Shown piece after piece: positions 17,018 to 26,429 of a stretch of DNA of 64,000 bases. The stretch is from the IMG/VR virus record IMGVR_UViG_3300020045_001640, positions 1 to 64,000 of that record; one strand, written 5' to 3'. The notes below the pieces were generated by a model that had not been told where the DNA came from, did no database searches, and saw only the letters and a program-made list of their open reading frames with translations. Every line of letters starts with the position of its first letter. Position 1 is the first letter of the stretch. Both the position numbers and the translations under genes were made by a program. The DNA comes from a virus. Taxonomy: Duplodnaviria > Caudoviricetes.

Positions 17018-17986
17018 ATGAATGTACTAAGTAATGGTCTAACTGTGTTATCCCTGTTTGATGGTATGAGTGCTGGCATGATTGCACTAGAACGTGCTGG
17101 CATTGTTGTAGACAACTATTACGCTTCTGAGGTAGATAAGCACGCTATCAAGGTGAGCAATGCTAACTACACTGGAATTATTCGTATCGGTGATGTGACT
17201 AAAGTTAGCTACAAGGATGGGGTACTGTACACTGAGAGTGGTGAGCTTAACGTTGGCAAGATTGATTTGTTGATTGGTGGCAGTCCTTGCCAAAGCATTT
17301 CTAACCTTGGTGACGGCAGTGGGCTTGAGGGTAAGAGTGGACTGTTCTACCACTACTTGCGCATACGAGAAGAAGTGAAGCCAACACACTTCCTTCTTGA
17401 GAATGTTGTAGGTAACAAGAAGGCTATTCAGAACATCACAGAAGAAGTTGGTGTTGAGCCTACTCTGATTGACTCTAACCTTGTATCAGCACAAAATCGT
17501 AAACGTTACTACTGGACAGATATTGTGGGTGTTGAGCAGCCTAACAACTTAGGTATTGTGCTGAAAGATATACTTGAGCAGTCGCCAGGACAATCTAGCG
17601 TTCTTAGCGAAGGGCGCTTACGCTGGCTATTGTCAGAGAAAGGTTAAGCGACAGTGGCGAAACGTTATGCCAACATTGACCCTATCAAGGCGGCTTGTGT
17701 TACAGCACGTTCAGATGCTTCTTGGAATAGCAACTACGTCACACGAAACGGTAAGATCACAAAGTTGTCTTGTGTAGAGTATGAGAGGTTGCAGACAGTG
17801 CCTGACAACTACACTTCGTGCGTTGCAGACAGTCAGCGTTACAAGATGCTCAGAAACGGATGGACTGTTGATGTCCTAGTGCATATCTTCAAAAACCTCA
17901 AGACTGAAACAATCTTGGACAATCTCTTGAAGAATTACCAAGGAACGTTGCGGCAATGTGTTGACAGCGCACAAGAAGCGGCTTAG
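17018..17986 (+). pseudogene. dcm: C5-cytosine DNA methyltransferase interrupted by an in-frame TAA (17645-17647)
   Basis: Motifs I SLFDG, IV GGSPCQ and VI LLENV lie before the stop; IX/X ERLQTVPDNYT...KMLRNGW follow in the same frame. Confidence 0.8.
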
Positions 17987-17989
17987 AAT
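17961..17989 (+). promoter_or_regulatory. promoter TTGACA-17-TAGAAT
   Basis: Hexamers at 17961-17966 and 17984-17989. Confidence 0.65.
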
Positions 17990-18019
17990 AGCGTATTGAA
18001 CAAACACAAGGAGAAACGT

Positions 18020-18220
18020 ATGGCACGTAATTGGACACCAAACACAGGGAAATGCCCTGTTGTTACTGGTACGCTAGTAGATGTAATTCACAGGGACGGA
18101 GAGGCGTTTAAGAGTGTAGCTGTGTCAGTACATTGGTCAGTGTGTTCTACAAACTGGCTTCTAGAGGAGTGTATTGGAGACATCATTTTCTGGCGTCGTA
18201 GCAAGGAGAAGAAACAATGA
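18020..18220 (+). CDS. hypothetical protein (MARNWTPNTGKCPV...)
   Basis: SD AAGGAG; resembles small phage W..G..P..V.V..R.G domains. Confidence 0.7.
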   Translation: MARNWTPNTGKCPVVTGTLVDVIHRDGEAFKSVAVSVHWSVCSTNWLLEECIGDIIFWRRSKEKKQ

Positions 18221-18930
18221 GCAACGTAGCGATGAAATTCAGAGTGAAGGATGAACAACACTCGAAGGAGATTCAGGAGAAGCTGTTTAGTTTGGGTTAC
18301 AAATGGTACTCTGGCGACGACGCACAGTTTACGAAACAACCATTTCTTTACGCGGCAGATGATGAGATGCTAATCACTTACTCTGATAGCTACGATGAAG
18401 ACTATTTTAATCTAGAACCTCACACTCTGTGTGTTTTGCTTGACGGAGAATTTGTGCCTGTTGATAGCGTGTCCGAAGAAGTTGTACAAGTTTCGGACAG
18501 CAAGGTAAATCCAAAGCAAGCACTCGGACAAGCCTCCTTGCCACTGAACCTGTTCTCACCCCTGGCGACAGCTTATGGCAGCATTGGCAAGCTCAACGGA
18601 AAGCTTAAGTACGGTTTAAGCAACTTCGTAGCAACACCTGTAATTGCTTCCATTTATGCTGACGCTATTCGCCGTCATCTTGACAAGTGGATGGCAGGAC
18701 AAGAGTTTGACGAGTCTGATGGTGTGCCTCACTTTGCAGCTATGCTGGCCAACATTGACATTCTGTTGTGCGCTCGTGCTGCTGGTACGTTGGTTGATGA
18801 TCGCCCTCTGCTGATCGGCTTTGAAGCTGAGATGGAGAAGCTGACACCAATTGTGAAGGCTTTGCATGAACTTCACAAAGATAAGAATCCTCACCATAAT
18901 TTGTTGTCGGAGAAGGGTAATGCAAAGTAA
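18217..18930 (+). CDS. two-domain protein with a C-terminal dATP/dGTP diphosphohydrolase-like (DUF5664) domain
   Basis: NPKQ.LG...PL.L, G..KYG..N, Y.DA..RHL..W..G.E.D..DG.PH.A. Confidence 0.75.
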   Translation: MSNVAMKFRVKDEQHSKEIQEKLFSLGYKWYSGDDAQFTKQPFLYAADDEMLITYSDSYDEDYFNLEPHTLCVLLDGEFVPVDSVSEEVVQVSDSKVNPKQALGQASLPLNLFSPLATAYGSIGKLNGKLKYGLSNFVATPVIASIYADAIRRHLDKWMAGQEFDESDGVPHFAAMLANIDILLCARAAGTLVDDRPLLIGFEAEMEKLTPIVKALHELHKDKNPHHNLLSEKGNAK

Positions 18931-19138
18931 ACTACAAAGCTTCTGGGAAGCATGGGTGAATATATTGATAGGATTCTCTATCAACTTCCTCGCTAACATG
19001 CTTATCCTACCTCTGTTTGGCTTCAACATTACCGTAGGTGACAACCTTATTATTGGTGTTATTTATACATTGATTTCTTTGGCAAGAAGTTATGCGGTAC
19101 GGAGATGGTTTAACAGAAAAGTGGGTGTGGCTAAATGA
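18920..19138 (+). CDS. small membrane protein (MQSKLQSFWEAWVNILIG...)
   Basis: Two hydrophobic segments; common phage motif SL.RSY..RRWFN. Confidence 0.75.
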   Translation: MQSKLQSFWEAWVNILIGFSINFLANMLILPLFGFNITVGDNLIIGVIYTLISLARSYAVRRWFNRKVGVAK

Positions 19139-19329
19139 ATACAGAAATCCCTTACTCAAGCATCTGGGTTAGCAAGCTCCCACCAGAGCACAAGATATTA
19201 GTAGGAATGCCCTACCGCTTCTACGACACAGGTACTAAATACTTTACACAGCTAGTTGACGGCGACGGACGTTCTAAGCTATTATCTGAAGCATTTATCA
19301 AAGAGCACTATCAACAGGAGAAGAAATGA
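19135..19329 (+). CDS. hypothetical protein
   Basis: ATGA overlap. Confidence 0.65.
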   Translation: MNTEIPYSSIWVSKLPPEHKILVGMPYRFYDTGTKYFTQLVDGDGRSKLLSEAFIKEHYQQEKK

Positions 19330-19679
19330 ACGAAAGAATGACATTTAAAGAGAATCTGATTTCTCTGAGAGAATCGGTTATGTTTGCAGAAGCTAACTTG
19401 TTTCAAGCACGGAAGGCATTAACTGCTGCCGAGTGTGATATTCAGAATCATGTGTACACGAGCTTGGAAGAAGCTGAGGAAACTCTTTCCAACCTGTTCT
19501 GGGATTGGGCACACGAAGACTGTGAAGGTGCTGGTAATTGTGGCTCTCCAGAGTATTCACAAGATTTCATCGTAGATGGTATTGAGTACACTGCTACAGA
19601 GACTTTCGAGTATAATAGGCATGACCGCACCTACTATTACATTGACGGACACAGCTACTCTTACAAGGAGAAAGCATGA
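19326..19679 (+). CDS. hypothetical protein
   Basis: ATGA overlap, SD AGGAG. Confidence 0.7.
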   Translation: MNERMTFKENLISLRESVMFAEANLFQARKALTAAECDIQNHVYTSLEEAEETLSNLFWDWAHEDCEGAGNCGSPEYSQDFIVDGIEYTATETFEYNRHDRTYYYIDGHSYSYKEKA

Positions 19680-19843
19680 CATTAACGCAGATATTCAATG
19701 CCATCCAGCAAGGAGACATTGACATTACATACTTTGAAGCTCTCATCATTGAGCGAGAACGTGGAGCGTATGTTCAAGGCTACCAGGACAGCACGATTGA
19801 TGAGATGAGGGTGAGGGAGCAATTCTTGTCGGAGTGCTCGTAA
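19676..19843 (+). CDS. 55-aa hypothetical protein (MTLTQIFNAIQQG...)
   Basis: Read by hand; SD AAGGAG, ATGA overlap. Confidence 0.6.
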   Translation: MTLTQIFNAIQQGDIDITYFEALIIERERGAYVQGYQDSTIDEMRVREQFLSECS

Positions 19844-19995
19844 ATGAAACCTCACTCGCGGAGTGCCTCTTGATGTGGAACCTATCACAACTGATGATTT
19901 TGTTTGGAATTGGTAAGATTGTAATGAAGGAGTCTCAGGAGAAACTGTGGCGTCCTGAGACGTATTTTCCAATGTTGAAGAAAGATGAGAAATGA
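19834..19995 (+). CDS. small hypothetical protein (...MWNLSQLMILFGIGK...)
   Basis: Open frame filling the gap; start uncertain. Confidence 0.45.
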   Translation: MLVNETSLAECLLMWNLSQLMILFGIGKIVMKESQEKLWRPETYFPMLKKDEK

Positions 19996-20207
19996 GCATT
20001 ACTAAAACTGAGAAATACGTTGCACGTGGTATTGGATTTGATCGGCTTGAAGATGCAGAATTCTATGAGGTTTGCCAGCGTGTCAAAGATCATACTGATA
20101 CTTATATCAAACAAAATCCTGAAGCTACCAGAGAAGTTGTCGCACAAATTGCAGTGAACGCTGTGTATGGGAGTTGTAAAGTAATTTTGAAAGGTCGAAA
20201 TGATTAA
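19992..20207 (+). CDS. hypothetical protein
   Basis: ATGA overlap. Confidence 0.65.
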   Translation: MSITKTEKYVARGIGFDRLEDAEFYEVCQRVKDHTDTYIKQNPEATREVVAQIAVNAVYGSCKVILKGRND

Positions 20208-20490
20208 TTTGTTGAAAAACATAGGGCATCTTGTTCTTAGTGCTTTAGCGATAACCTATAACGCCTATGTAATGACAATCTTGTGGGCTTGGTTTATTGT
20301 GGCAACGTTCGGGCTTCCTGTTCTGAGTGTGCCAGTTGCTGTAGGGGTAGTTGCTATTGCTGCGCTGTTTAAGAGTGTCAACCGTGACAACGCTGATCGG
20401 GAAGACGCTATAGTGTTTGGGCATACGTTCGGGTTTTTGAAGCCTACCGCTTGTTTGGCTGTTGGGTGGGTGGCTTTGAAATTTGTGTAA
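20200..20490 (+). CDS. 3-TM membrane protein
   Basis: Three hydrophobic stretches. Confidence 0.7.
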   Translation: MINLLKNIGHLVLSALAITYNAYVMTILWAWFIVATFGLPVLSVPVAVGVVAIAALFKSVNRDNADREDAIVFGHTFGFLKPTACLAVGWVALKFV

Positions 20491-20497
20491 ATAAGTG

Positions 20498-20526
20498 TTG
20501 TAAATGTTCTGGGAGTAATCTATAAT
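20498..20526 (+). promoter_or_regulatory. promoter TTGTAA-17-TATAAT for ssb
   Basis: Hexamers at 20498-20503 and 20521-20526. Confidence 0.7.
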
Positions 20527-20638
20527 AAGCGTTCTCTTGTGGAGAGTTGAAACTTGAGAGGGAACGAATTGAAGAATTGTCCGTGTTGGACAACTATGCC
20601 GGGCGCGGCTTTGCGCAATTTAAATCAAGGAAAACAAT

Positions 20639-21727
20639 ATGTCTTTTAAACCACAAGCTCCTAAGCAAGATGAAAACGCAGCAGATCGCAAGCCTTTCGT
20701 TGCAATCGTACCAGATGACGGCTTGCAAGCTGTCCAAGTCGGCCTCATCGTCAACCTTGGGCAACACAAGAAGTTGCCTAAGTATGCGAAGGATAATGCT
20801 GGTAAGCGAGAAGTAGATAAAGAAACTGGCGAGGACAAAATCATCTGGCCTAAAGCTGGTAAGGATTTGGAGCAACGTGTTGGTGTCTACATTGATCTGC
20901 TGACACAGACTCATGACTACGAAGGTGATATTGGCGTCAAGAACATTCGTCTGCCTCTGCACCAAGTAAGCCGTGGCATGAGTGAGGGTCTGAACTTCAC
21001 CACTGTGGCTCCTCGTGATCCTGATGGCAACTACATCAAAGGTCGTCCTTGGACTCTGGCTCCTGCGAGTGCTTGGTGCAAGATTGCTGCTGTTGTGTTG
21101 GATTCGGAGGGTAAGAAAGTAAGCGATACAATGCTGAAAGCTGACTACAAGAATCCTAAGCACAATGACATCAATATGCTGCTTGGTAAGCCGTTCATGT
21201 ATAACGTAGAAGTTAAGCAGACGGAGAAGGACGGAAACACTTATGTGAACACCAAACTTAAGTCCCCTGTCCCGCTGATGAAGGGTCTGAAAGTAGATGA
21301 TGCTTTGGTAAAGGCTATCAGTATCTCCTTTGAAGATGCAGACTTGCTGGAAGCAAAAGAAGAACTTGGTGGTGCTTGCAAGTTTGATTTGCTCCGTGTT
21401 GCTGACATCCGTAAAATCGTGTTGGCAACAGATTACGAGGGTTCTGCTATGCAGACTGCCGTGCAGGAACGAGAAGACGAAAGTGCTCTGATTGCTAAGG
21501 CTAAGGAAATCCAAGAAAAGCTGATTGAGAATGACCGTGATCTGAATGAGATTAAGGATAAGTTCCCGAACGGCCCTGAAGGTGGTGAAGTTGCCACTAC
21601 TGAAGCTCCTGCTAAGGCTGTTGCTGCTAAACCGGCGAAGCCTGCACCACGCCCTTCTCCAGCCTTTGCTGACATGGACGATGACATTCCATTTGCCCCA
21701 ATCAGCCGTAAAGCTTGGGCACTGTAA
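20639..21727 (+). CDS. putative single-stranded DNA-binding protein
   Basis: OB-like core, Ala/Pro linker, acidic DMDDDIPF tail; replication context. Confidence 0.7.
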   Translation: MSFKPQAPKQDENAADRKPFVAIVPDDGLQAVQVGLIVNLGQHKKLPKYAKDNAGKREVDKETGEDKIIWPKAGKDLEQRVGVYIDLLTQTHDYEGDIGVKNIRLPLHQVSRGMSEGLNFTTVAPRDPDGNYIKGRPWTLAPASAWCKIAAVVLDSEGKKVSDTMLKADYKNPKHNDINMLLGKPFMYNVEVKQTEKDGNTYVNTKLKSPVPLMKGLKVDDALVKAISISFEDADLLEAKEELGGACKFDLLRVADIRKIVLATDYEGSAMQTAVQEREDESALIAKAKEIQEKLIENDRDLNEIKDKFPNGPEGGEVATTEAPAKAVAAKPAKPAPRPSPAFADMDDDIPFAPISRKAWAL

Positions 21728-21742
21728 TTAAGTAACAACCTT

Positions 21743-21778
21743 GCCCTGCAAACCTACGGGTTTGCAGGGCTTTATTCT
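21743..21778 (+). terminator. rho-independent terminator
   Basis: 12-bp perfect stem gccctgcaaacc/ggtttgcagggc, cUACGg loop, tttattct. Confidence 0.85.
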
Positions 21779-21789
21779 AGGAGAAAACA

Positions 21790-22524
21790 ATGACACAACA
21801 CAAAAAAGAACTGAATAGTATTCTTGTAGCAGCATCTCACTTCATGCCGCAAGGTGCAATCATTGCAGGCGGTGCTCTGACGAGCGCGTTCACCGGCACT
21901 AACATCAACGATGTGGATATGTACTTTAAGACTAAAGATGATTTCATCCTTGCTGTAGAACAAGCGTATGATGAAGGTTTGTGGTGTGTTGCTGCAACTA
22001 ATCGTGCTGTTACTTTTGTTCAAGGCAGTAGCGTCATTCAGTTAATGCACTTTGACTTCTTTGAAACGGCTGAAGCCATCTTTGACGCTTTTGATTTCAC
22101 AGTGTGTATGGCTGCTTACGACTTGGACAGCAAGGAGTTCATCTTCCACACAGACTTCTTCAAGCACGCTTCACAACGTTTTCTTCGTTTTCACAACGGC
22201 ACCCGTTACCCTTACGGTTCGTTGATGCGTGTTCTCAAGTATCAACAGCGTGGTTACAAGATTGGTAAGAGTGACATACTTCGTATTGGTTTGGCTTGCC
22301 AACGTGTTGAGATGGAGTCGTGGGACGACTTGGCTTGTGCAATTGGTGGACAGTATGGGGACATTGCTAAGATTGAAACAGACACTCCTTTCTCTTTAGA
22401 CGCTGCTGATGAAATGTTCCGTGATGCGGATTTTACTATCGCTGAGAAGGAAGTCATGCCGGGGAACTTTGAAGATTTGCTAGACAAGATTGGTGTAGAT
22501 TATCGGCTGGAGGAAGAAGCATGA
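21790..22524 (+). CDS. second nucleotidyltransferase-fold protein
   Basis: IIAGGAL...NDVDMYF, FDFTVCM. Confidence 0.75.
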   Translation: MTQHKKELNSILVAASHFMPQGAIIAGGALTSAFTGTNINDVDMYFKTKDDFILAVEQAYDEGLWCVAATNRAVTFVQGSSVIQLMHFDFFETAEAIFDAFDFTVCMAAYDLDSKEFIFHTDFFKHASQRFLRFHNGTRYPYGSLMRVLKYQQRGYKIGKSDILRIGLACQRVEMESWDDLACAIGGQYGDIAKIETDTPFSLDAADEMFRDADFTIAEKEVMPGNFEDLLDKIGVDYRLEEEA

Positions 22525-23507
22525 CAAACTTAGTTTGGGACTTCGACTACATCAAGTACTCAGTTGGATCAATCGCAGAGACACGCAGTATTGTGGTAAC
22601 ACATAAGCAGTCCGGTAATCAGAAAGAATTCAAGACACGCACGGATTTCTATGGACATTACAAGAAGAAAGAAGGTGGATGGCTTGCAGAGCAGAACAAA
22701 TCTCGTACAACGCCTTGGACAGCCGAAGACTTCACGATTGAAGACAAACAAGTAGCTCAACCTGTAGAATACGCGCTTAACGCTGTGAAGTCTCATATTG
22801 ACAGTGTTGTGTACAAGACAGGCGCGAAGCAGTATTATGGATACATCGGCAAAGGCGATAGCTGGCGTGTAGATGCTTCCACTATCCTCAAGTACAAAGG
22901 TTCGCGTACAAATGCAATGCGGCCTATCCATCTTGAAGCAATTGAAGAGTACTTGAAGAAGTTTCACGCAGCAGAAGAAATTCGTGTGCTGGAAGCCGAT
23001 GACAAAGTTGTTATGGATTGCACAGCCGACCCAAGTTTGGTGTTAGTTGGTGTAGACAAGGACTACCGTGGATGTGCTCTCACTTTGTTCAATCCTGACA
23101 AGATGGGCGAGCCTGAGAAGATTTCTGGCTTTGGTAAGCTTTATATCGGTTCTGATAAGAAGGTGCGGGGAGAAGGGCGTATCTTCTTGGCCCATCAAAT
23201 TCTAAGTGGCGACTCTAGTGATGACTATTGTGCAAACTCCGCTTGTGACACTCGTTGGGGTGACAAGAATAGTTATGCCATCTTGAGCAAGTGCAGCGAT
23301 GACAAGCAAGCTTGGCAAGGGATTGTGGAGGCTTACAAGTCGCTCTACCCTGAGAAAAAGGAAATCATAGGTTGGAGAGGTGATAAAATTGAAGTGGATT
23401 GGTTGTACTGCCTTCAAGAAAATGCTACAATGGCGCACATGCTTCGCTGGGAAGGTGACAGCATCAATGTCAAATCAGTTCTCGACAAACTTAAAGTAGC
23501 CTACTAA
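22521..23507 (+). CDS. 5'-3' exonuclease (PIN/FEN-like)
   Basis: DFD, YKGSR, LEADD, VDKD, GDSSDD acidic motifs. Confidence 0.85.
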   Translation: MTNLVWDFDYIKYSVGSIAETRSIVVTHKQSGNQKEFKTRTDFYGHYKKKEGGWLAEQNKSRTTPWTAEDFTIEDKQVAQPVEYALNAVKSHIDSVVYKTGAKQYYGYIGKGDSWRVDASTILKYKGSRTNAMRPIHLEAIEEYLKKFHAAEEIRVLEADDKVVMDCTADPSLVLVGVDKDYRGCALTLFNPDKMGEPEKISGFGKLYIGSDKKVRGEGRIFLAHQILSGDSSDDYCANSACDTRWGDKNSYAILSKCSDDKQAWQGIVEAYKSLYPEKKEIIGWRGDKIEVDWLYCLQENATMAHMLRWEGDSINVKSVLDKLKVAY

Positions 23508-23527
23508 ATCATAACAAGGAGAACAAC

Positions 23528-23953
23528 ATGCAACAAACAATGCCTCTAGGGGAGTCTTTCAGGTTTTCATGTGGGCCTGACGAATACACGTTCGTAAGCG
23601 GCAAGGGGTACACTTCTGAGAAGATGGATGGCAAATACATACAAGTCTCTGTTGAGCTTGCTCGCAATGCCATTCTACAAGGAGGTTGGAAGCTTCTCCC
23701 ATCAGCCACACTCTCGGACGAGGAATCCTTCACGTTAGCTGAGAAGGCTGTTAATGCTGCGTTAGCGCCCGTGAAGGAAGTAAGTTTGTATGACGTTGCG
23801 GAGGAGTTTTTACACAATTTCAGAGGTGAGTTCTCCCGCAAGTGTAAATCTCATGGGGTAATTTACACTGTAACCTTTAAGATGCAAGATGAACAGAAGC
23901 TGAAGAAGATGCTGGTGGCTTTGAACAGTTTGGAGAGCACTCTTGGTGACTAA
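23528..23953 (+). CDS. hypothetical protein
   Basis: SD AAGGAG. Confidence 0.7.
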   Translation: MQQTMPLGESFRFSCGPDEYTFVSGKGYTSEKMDGKYIQVSVELARNAILQGGWKLLPSATLSDEESFTLAEKAVNAALAPVKEVSLYDVAEEFLHNFRGEFSRKCKSHGVIYTVTFKMQDEQKLKKMLVALNSLESTLGD

Positions 23954-23975
23954 GAAATAGACAGTCTACTGCCAC

Positions 23976-24012
23976 TTGACAGAACTCAATGAATAGTATA
24001 TAATCCTATACT
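23976..24012 (+). promoter_or_regulatory. consensus promoter TTGACA-17-TATAAT with inverted repeat agtata/tatact across the -10
   Basis: Hexamers at 23976-23981 and 23999-24004. Confidence 0.8.
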
Positions 24013-24031
24013 TATCAACAAGGAGGTGTAC

Positions 24032-24721
24032 ATGGCAGTAGACAAAGTATTGGCAACAAAGCTACGTGAAGATGGTTTAGGTTACAAAGAGATTGCACAA
24101 CAACTTGGTTGTTCGGAAGCATGGTGTAAGATTTACCTTAAACACGTAAAGAAGAATACAGCCGAAAAGGCAGCAATCAAACACTGTATTGAGTTGGCAC
24201 GGTCTGAGGATGCAATTACAAACTCAGGCATCAAACAAGGCATTCGTTCTGTCTACCCTTTTGAGGACAGTAAAGAGTGTGCGTTATTGGAGAAGAAGGC
24301 AATGACTCGGTTTAAGAACGCAATTAATAAAGCTCCAAACACAGTGATTCGTCCCTACTGGATGCAACCACAGAATGCACAACTTAGTTTGGATGGTGTT
24401 CTTGAAGCTGTAAATGATATCAGTATGCGTATGGATGACGAGGTTGATGCTTTCCGTAAGAAGTTCAACTTAAACCAAAGCTACGATAAGAGCCTTCGGT
24501 ACACAATAATCAAGATGCTGTATTGTAGTAATTTGTTACCTGAAGGTATTGAGAATTATTGTGACTACTTAAGTAAAGTGGTTAGTAAGTTGAATGGTGA
24601 CTATACTCCTTCTAACACTATAAGTAATAGTGCTGACATGGATATCCCTTTTGACATCGCTGTTTATTCGGGCTACTCTGATGAGTACGAGTGCAATCTT
24701 GTAAGTCTTGACGACATTTAA
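24032..24721 (+). CDS. N-terminal helix-turn-helix protein
   Basis: LREDGLGYKEIAQQLGCSEAWCK; SD AGGAGG. Confidence 0.75.
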   Translation: MAVDKVLATKLREDGLGYKEIAQQLGCSEAWCKIYLKHVKKNTAEKAAIKHCIELARSEDAITNSGIKQGIRSVYPFEDSKECALLEKKAMTRFKNAINKAPNTVIRPYWMQPQNAQLSLDGVLEAVNDISMRMDDEVDAFRKKFNLNQSYDKSLRYTIIKMLYCSNLLPEGIENYCDYLSKVVSKLNGDYTPSNTISNSADMDIPFDIAVYSGYSDEYECNLVSLDDI

Positions 24722-24729
24722 GGGTTAAT

Positions 24730-25443
24730 ATGAAATACATGGGCAGTAAGGCTAGACATGCTAAGGAGTTGTTACCAATCATTCTTGCTAATCGCACAGA
24801 AGGGCAGTGGTATGTAGAACCCTTTGTTGGTGGGGCTAATATGATTGACAAGGTTGAGGGTAATCGTATTGGTGCTGATGTCAACGAGTACCTTATCTCA
24901 TTCCTAAGTGCGCTGCAGAAAGGGTATGCTCCTCCAGAGAACATGAACTTGGCACTGTATGAAGACATCCGAGATAACAAAGATAAATACTCTAAAGCTA
25001 CTGTGGGTTGTGTAGGCTTCTGTTTCACTTACGCAGCAAAGTGGTTCGGAGGGTTTATAGGCAACTCTAAAGATGTTGTGTGCGTTGGTAGAGATAGGAT
25101 GGGTGAAAGCTACAGAAGTGTGGAGAAAGCTCGCAAGCAAGTGGAAGGTGTTCATCTCTTAGTGTGTGTATACAATGAGCTTCCAATTCCTAACAACTCT
25201 GTCATCTATTGTGATCCACCTTACAAGGACACTACTAAGTACAAAGACAGTTTTGACCATAAGCCCTTCTACGAGTGGTGCCGTAACATGCACAAACAAG
25301 GGCATCAAGTGTTTGTGTCGGAATATCAGATGCCGGATGACTTTATCTGTGTCTGGTCTAAAGAGGTGAACAGCAGTCTTACTAAAGAGACAGGCAGTAA
25401 GAAGGGTGTTGAGAAGTTATTTACGTTGAAAGGAAACCTGTGA
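24730..25443 (+). CDS. D12-class (Dam-like) N6-adenine DNA methyltransferase
   Basis: KYMGSK, YVEPFVGG, YCDPPY. Confidence 0.9.
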   Translation: MKYMGSKARHAKELLPIILANRTEGQWYVEPFVGGANMIDKVEGNRIGADVNEYLISFLSALQKGYAPPENMNLALYEDIRDNKDKYSKATVGCVGFCFTYAAKWFGGFIGNSKDVVCVGRDRMGESYRSVEKARKQVEGVHLLVCVYNELPIPNNSVIYCDPPYKDTTKYKDSFDHKPFYEWCRNMHKQGHQVFVSEYQMPDDFICVWSKEVNSSLTKETGSKKGVEKLFTLKGNL

Positions 25444-25622
25444 AACAAATCAGCATTGTCATGCGCTCCACATGGGGCGGAAGCAATTACTCACAAGAAT
25501 CTGTAGAAGCTTTCTACGATTACTCTAACGCTGTGTTGGCAAGGGATAGCTTGCAAGGCAGGCAAGATAAGGCTGATGTGGAATATTATATTGAGACGCT
25601 TGAGATAGGGGATAGTTTATGA
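25440..25622 (+). CDS. hypothetical protein
   Basis: GTGA overlap. Confidence 0.55.
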   Translation: MKQISIVMRSTWGGSNYSQESVEAFYDYSNAVLARDSLQGRQDKADVEYYIETLEIGDSL

Positions 25623-25894
25623 CAGAAGATTGGACTAAAGAATTTGAAGAGGCTCAAGCCAATCTTCCTGTAACTCTCGCTAAGATTGATGCTGTGATTG
25701 CACGGATTAAAGAGGAACTGGCAACTTACGAAACACCAAAGACTTTCAGTTTTGTCGTTAAGCTGGAACACTACAGAAAGTGGATGACACTATTTCACTT
25801 CAAGTCAAAGCGTCAATGGCGAGAGGCTAGGAAAGCTTTTGGGGGGGATAAGGCTAAGTGGATTGCTTGGAAGGAGTCTGCTGGTGACCGCTAA
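25619..25894 (+). CDS. hypothetical protein
   Basis: ATGA overlap. Confidence 0.65.
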   Translation: MTEDWTKEFEEAQANLPVTLAKIDAVIARIKEELATYETPKTFSFVVKLEHYRKWMTLFHFKSKRQWREARKAFGGDKAKWIAWKESAGDR

Positions 25895-26429
25895 GAAAAC
25901 TAAAGCACCACTCGTGCGTTGCAATGGCACAATGACAGAATCACAATACCTCTCATGGATTCGATCAGCACTACGTAGCAAGTCTCTAAGTTGGAAACCT
26001 CGCCAGAAAGCACTTGAAATGGCAAGACGACCTTACAAGGGGCCGAACAAGCTTCAGAAATGGGAGTACGCTTGTGCCATTTGTGGGGAGTGGCATAAGG
26101 CTAAAGATGTGATAGTTGACCACTGGCCTATTGCTGCGGGTAGTATTCTTCACACAGACGACATTGGCCCTTTCGCTAACAACTTGTACTGTGAGGTGGA
26201 GAATCTTAGAGTGTTGGATAAGGTGTGCCACGACATACACACCCTTTCAGAAGCTCATAGTATTAGTTGGGAACAAGCCACGGTACTGAAGAAAGTGATC
26301 GAAGTAGAGAAGACTCACAAGCCTGATAAAATCATTGCAATGCTGAAAGAAGCAAACTATAATGATGTGAGCAACAAGGATAAGAGGCGAGTAGCCTTGA
26401 CAGAGATGTTTACAAAGGAGAGTAAGTGA
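25884..26429 (+). CDS. HNH-fold endonuclease (possible resolvase-like core gene)
   Basis: C..C, VDH, NL.VL.K.CH; SD AAGGAG then GTG. Confidence 0.75.
   Translation: MTAKKTKAPLVRCNGTMTESQYLSWIRSALRSKSLSWKPRQKALEMARRPYKGPNKLQKWEYACAICGEWHKAKDVIVDHWPIAAGSILHTDDIGPFANNLYCEVENLRVLDKVCHDIHTLSEAHSISWEQATVLKKVIEVEKTHKPDKIIAMLKEANYNDVSNKDKRRVALTEMFTKESK

Noticed and set aside
17645-17647. Possible stop-codon reassignment in this genome
   Set aside because: TAA terminates many intact genes here (polA, ssb, capsid); only one internal stop was found
17641-17660. GGT|TAA resembling a T4-td-like intron 5' splice site in dcm
   Set aside because: The downstream sequence is in-frame methyltransferase coding, with no P7 or other core elements
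20594-21514. 306-aa minus-strand ORF
   Set aside because: Codon-bias shadow of the highly expressed ssb gene
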